DNA of 64,000 bases from Octopus vulgaris (taxonomy: Eukaryota). The notes beneath the pieces were generated by a model. The model worked only from the letters and a program-made list of their open reading frames with translations. It did not search any database and had not been told where the DNA came from. Position 1 is the first letter of the stretch, and each line of letters starts with the position of its first letter. Below are positions 62,034-64,000 of the stretch, in pieces. The position numbers and the translations under genes are program-made. The stretch lies in the NCBI GenBank assembly GCA_951406725.2, contig OX597815.1:28024001-28088000 (forward strand). The letters run 5' to 3'.

Positions 62034-64000
62034 CTGTGAGAGGGAAAAAGAAATTTGAAAACAATAATAAGTATGGTTATCTTAATCAATACTCCATAAT
62101 TGTTCAAGTCTGGGACTTCAGTTGGTTAATAGAATCAGGAAATTAAGTTATACTATATTAATAGGAAAATAAAAATATATATATATATAAAGATGAATTA
62201 ATGAAAATTTGATGGATCTATAAGATATTTAAAACACCATTTGAATAAATGAAATGTTAAAAATAAAAAAAGCATGCTGTAAGTAAAAGAATATTTTTTT
62301 TTATTATGTTATAATGGAAACAGTATGAGAAGAATCTGAGAAGAGATGAATTTGCAATGAATAGCTAGCAGCAATAAAATATGATGAAGGGTTATACATA
62401 GAAGTTTATGGTGTTTTATTGATTTGCCTGTTATTCTGGTTGTTAAATTTTATGACATAGCTAGTCAATGTCACAATGATATACACATTATGATTAATTT
62501 ACTTTGTCTTCTATAATTACTATCAAGTGAATACTGTGCTATTTATATGTATCTATATATGAATATATATGTATATAGATATTTATCTATAGGTGTGAGG
62601 GTGTGTATACACACACACACACATGCGCAGACATATATTTGTATGTTTCTAATTCTTAGTCTGAGTATCAACAATGCTCTTCTGTGATGATGGTTGGAGA
62701 TAGTCAGATGAAGTTAAAGGACTAATCATTCTGTTCTGATGGTCAAGTTAAGGGCACTGCATATGCAGAGTAGAAACTTTTGCATTGCAACTGCAGAAGA
62801 ATGATAATGGAGTAAGATGTTGTAGAGCACTCATGAGTGAAGTCTTATCTATAAAATAGATAGATTTCTTGTAGAGAAGTATGCAATCTAGAATGTGTAT
62901 ATTATTGTTTAGTTCCATGTCACCCCAATTAAGCAGACCTGTGATCAAAGACACTCAAGCCATGACCAAAGGCATGCTAGCCATGACCAATCCAACTGTT
63001 TCAAGGCATATAAGATGACATTATTGTCTTTATCTTCTGTAGGTTAGCAGGGTGTGATTTGAATGATATCTAAGTGCCATTTCAAGCATGTTGAGTGATC
63101 ACATAGAGAGCCTGTTCATTGGCTGATATGTGTGTATATGGTAAGAACCATCATTCATATATTTGAGTCACATTCCAGGGTAGTGTATATTTGTGCTTCA
63201 TATAAATTCAGCAACAGGCTAGAACTGAAATATTTTCTGTCCCTGGAGAGGAATAGCATAATTCTAAATTTTATGTTTCAGCAGTTTTGTTGACCAATGC
63301 GGTCAACATGAATGATATTATATACATATGTATATACTTATTAAGGACTGGTCATTTTTTGTTGTTGTCTAGCTCTAGGTGATCACAGACTAAAACAAAC
63401 CTATGGCCAAATATGTTCCAGTAGTAACCAGTCTATCTAAGTCTACATTATCCAACATTGCCCAATATGCTCTTCTTTTTTTTCAGGATAGAAAATGATG
63501 TTTGGCAATTTGGTTACTATTTCTAGCAGAATAAGCAACCATGTAAAAGGTTTACTCATTGGCAGAAGACTAGTTATCTGTTTATTCAACTAGACTATCT
63601 ATAATAAATAGCAAACTAGTTCCAAATATATAGACAATTTCATGTTGAATTATCTCTAATTTTTGTTTTAATTTGATAACACGAGCTTCTTATCTATCAT
63701 ATGATTAATGAAGATAAACATTTAAATGCTTCTTGCTTTCTCTCAATATTTAGGGTTTTCATTGATATGGCTTATACAATTCATTTCTAGATAATGCAGT
63801 TGAAAGATTTCAGTCTCATTGTTAGTACAATATATTTTTCACTAAGAATAATTCTTCCTATTTGTAAGCTTTTTGTATTATGCTGCCATTATTGCACCAT
63901 AGAATAAGTTAGCATTAGGTGAGAAGATGAACTAAAATAGCTGCTGTTTTTGATGGTAGAATTTTTCATATTAGCAACAAATAAAAATTGTTAATATTTG

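Overview
AT-rich, microsatellite-rich animal genomic DNA. The SINE, RTE and MITE content suggests an octopod cephalopod (inference). There is no long ORF, and almost every entry in the ORF track is a microsatellite read-through or a decayed transposon. The window appears to lie inside one minus-strand gene with very large introns. Five small exons (61998-62033, 57421-57426, 29953-30043, 16311-16400, 10317-10352) have canonical AG/GT borders and splice in phase to give (L)ALFRKGASAVL-AS-VLSSVTNMPNKKDKAAASPGSQMKKISNISN-YSKILEDVEEGDDRMLAISEQPPKGSRLAM-KLPSFWQLNPS(H/Q). The first peptide resembles the LA(T/L)FR(K/R) motif that follows KKCKCKN in invertebrate slowpoke/SLO-1. The window therefore probably spans the alternatively spliced RCK1-RCK2 linker of the BK channel gene, including a candidate 6-nt microexon. 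The introns contain an internally deleted Chapaev3 transposon with a nested RTE 3' end, and remnants of CR1/jockey, R4/Dong, RTE, Penelope and pogo elements. They also hold many tRNA-derived SINEs, five long palindromes, minisatellites, a perfect 191-bp tandem duplication and decayed hammerhead-like motifs. Everything was read by eye, and repeat boundaries are approximate unless stated otherwise.
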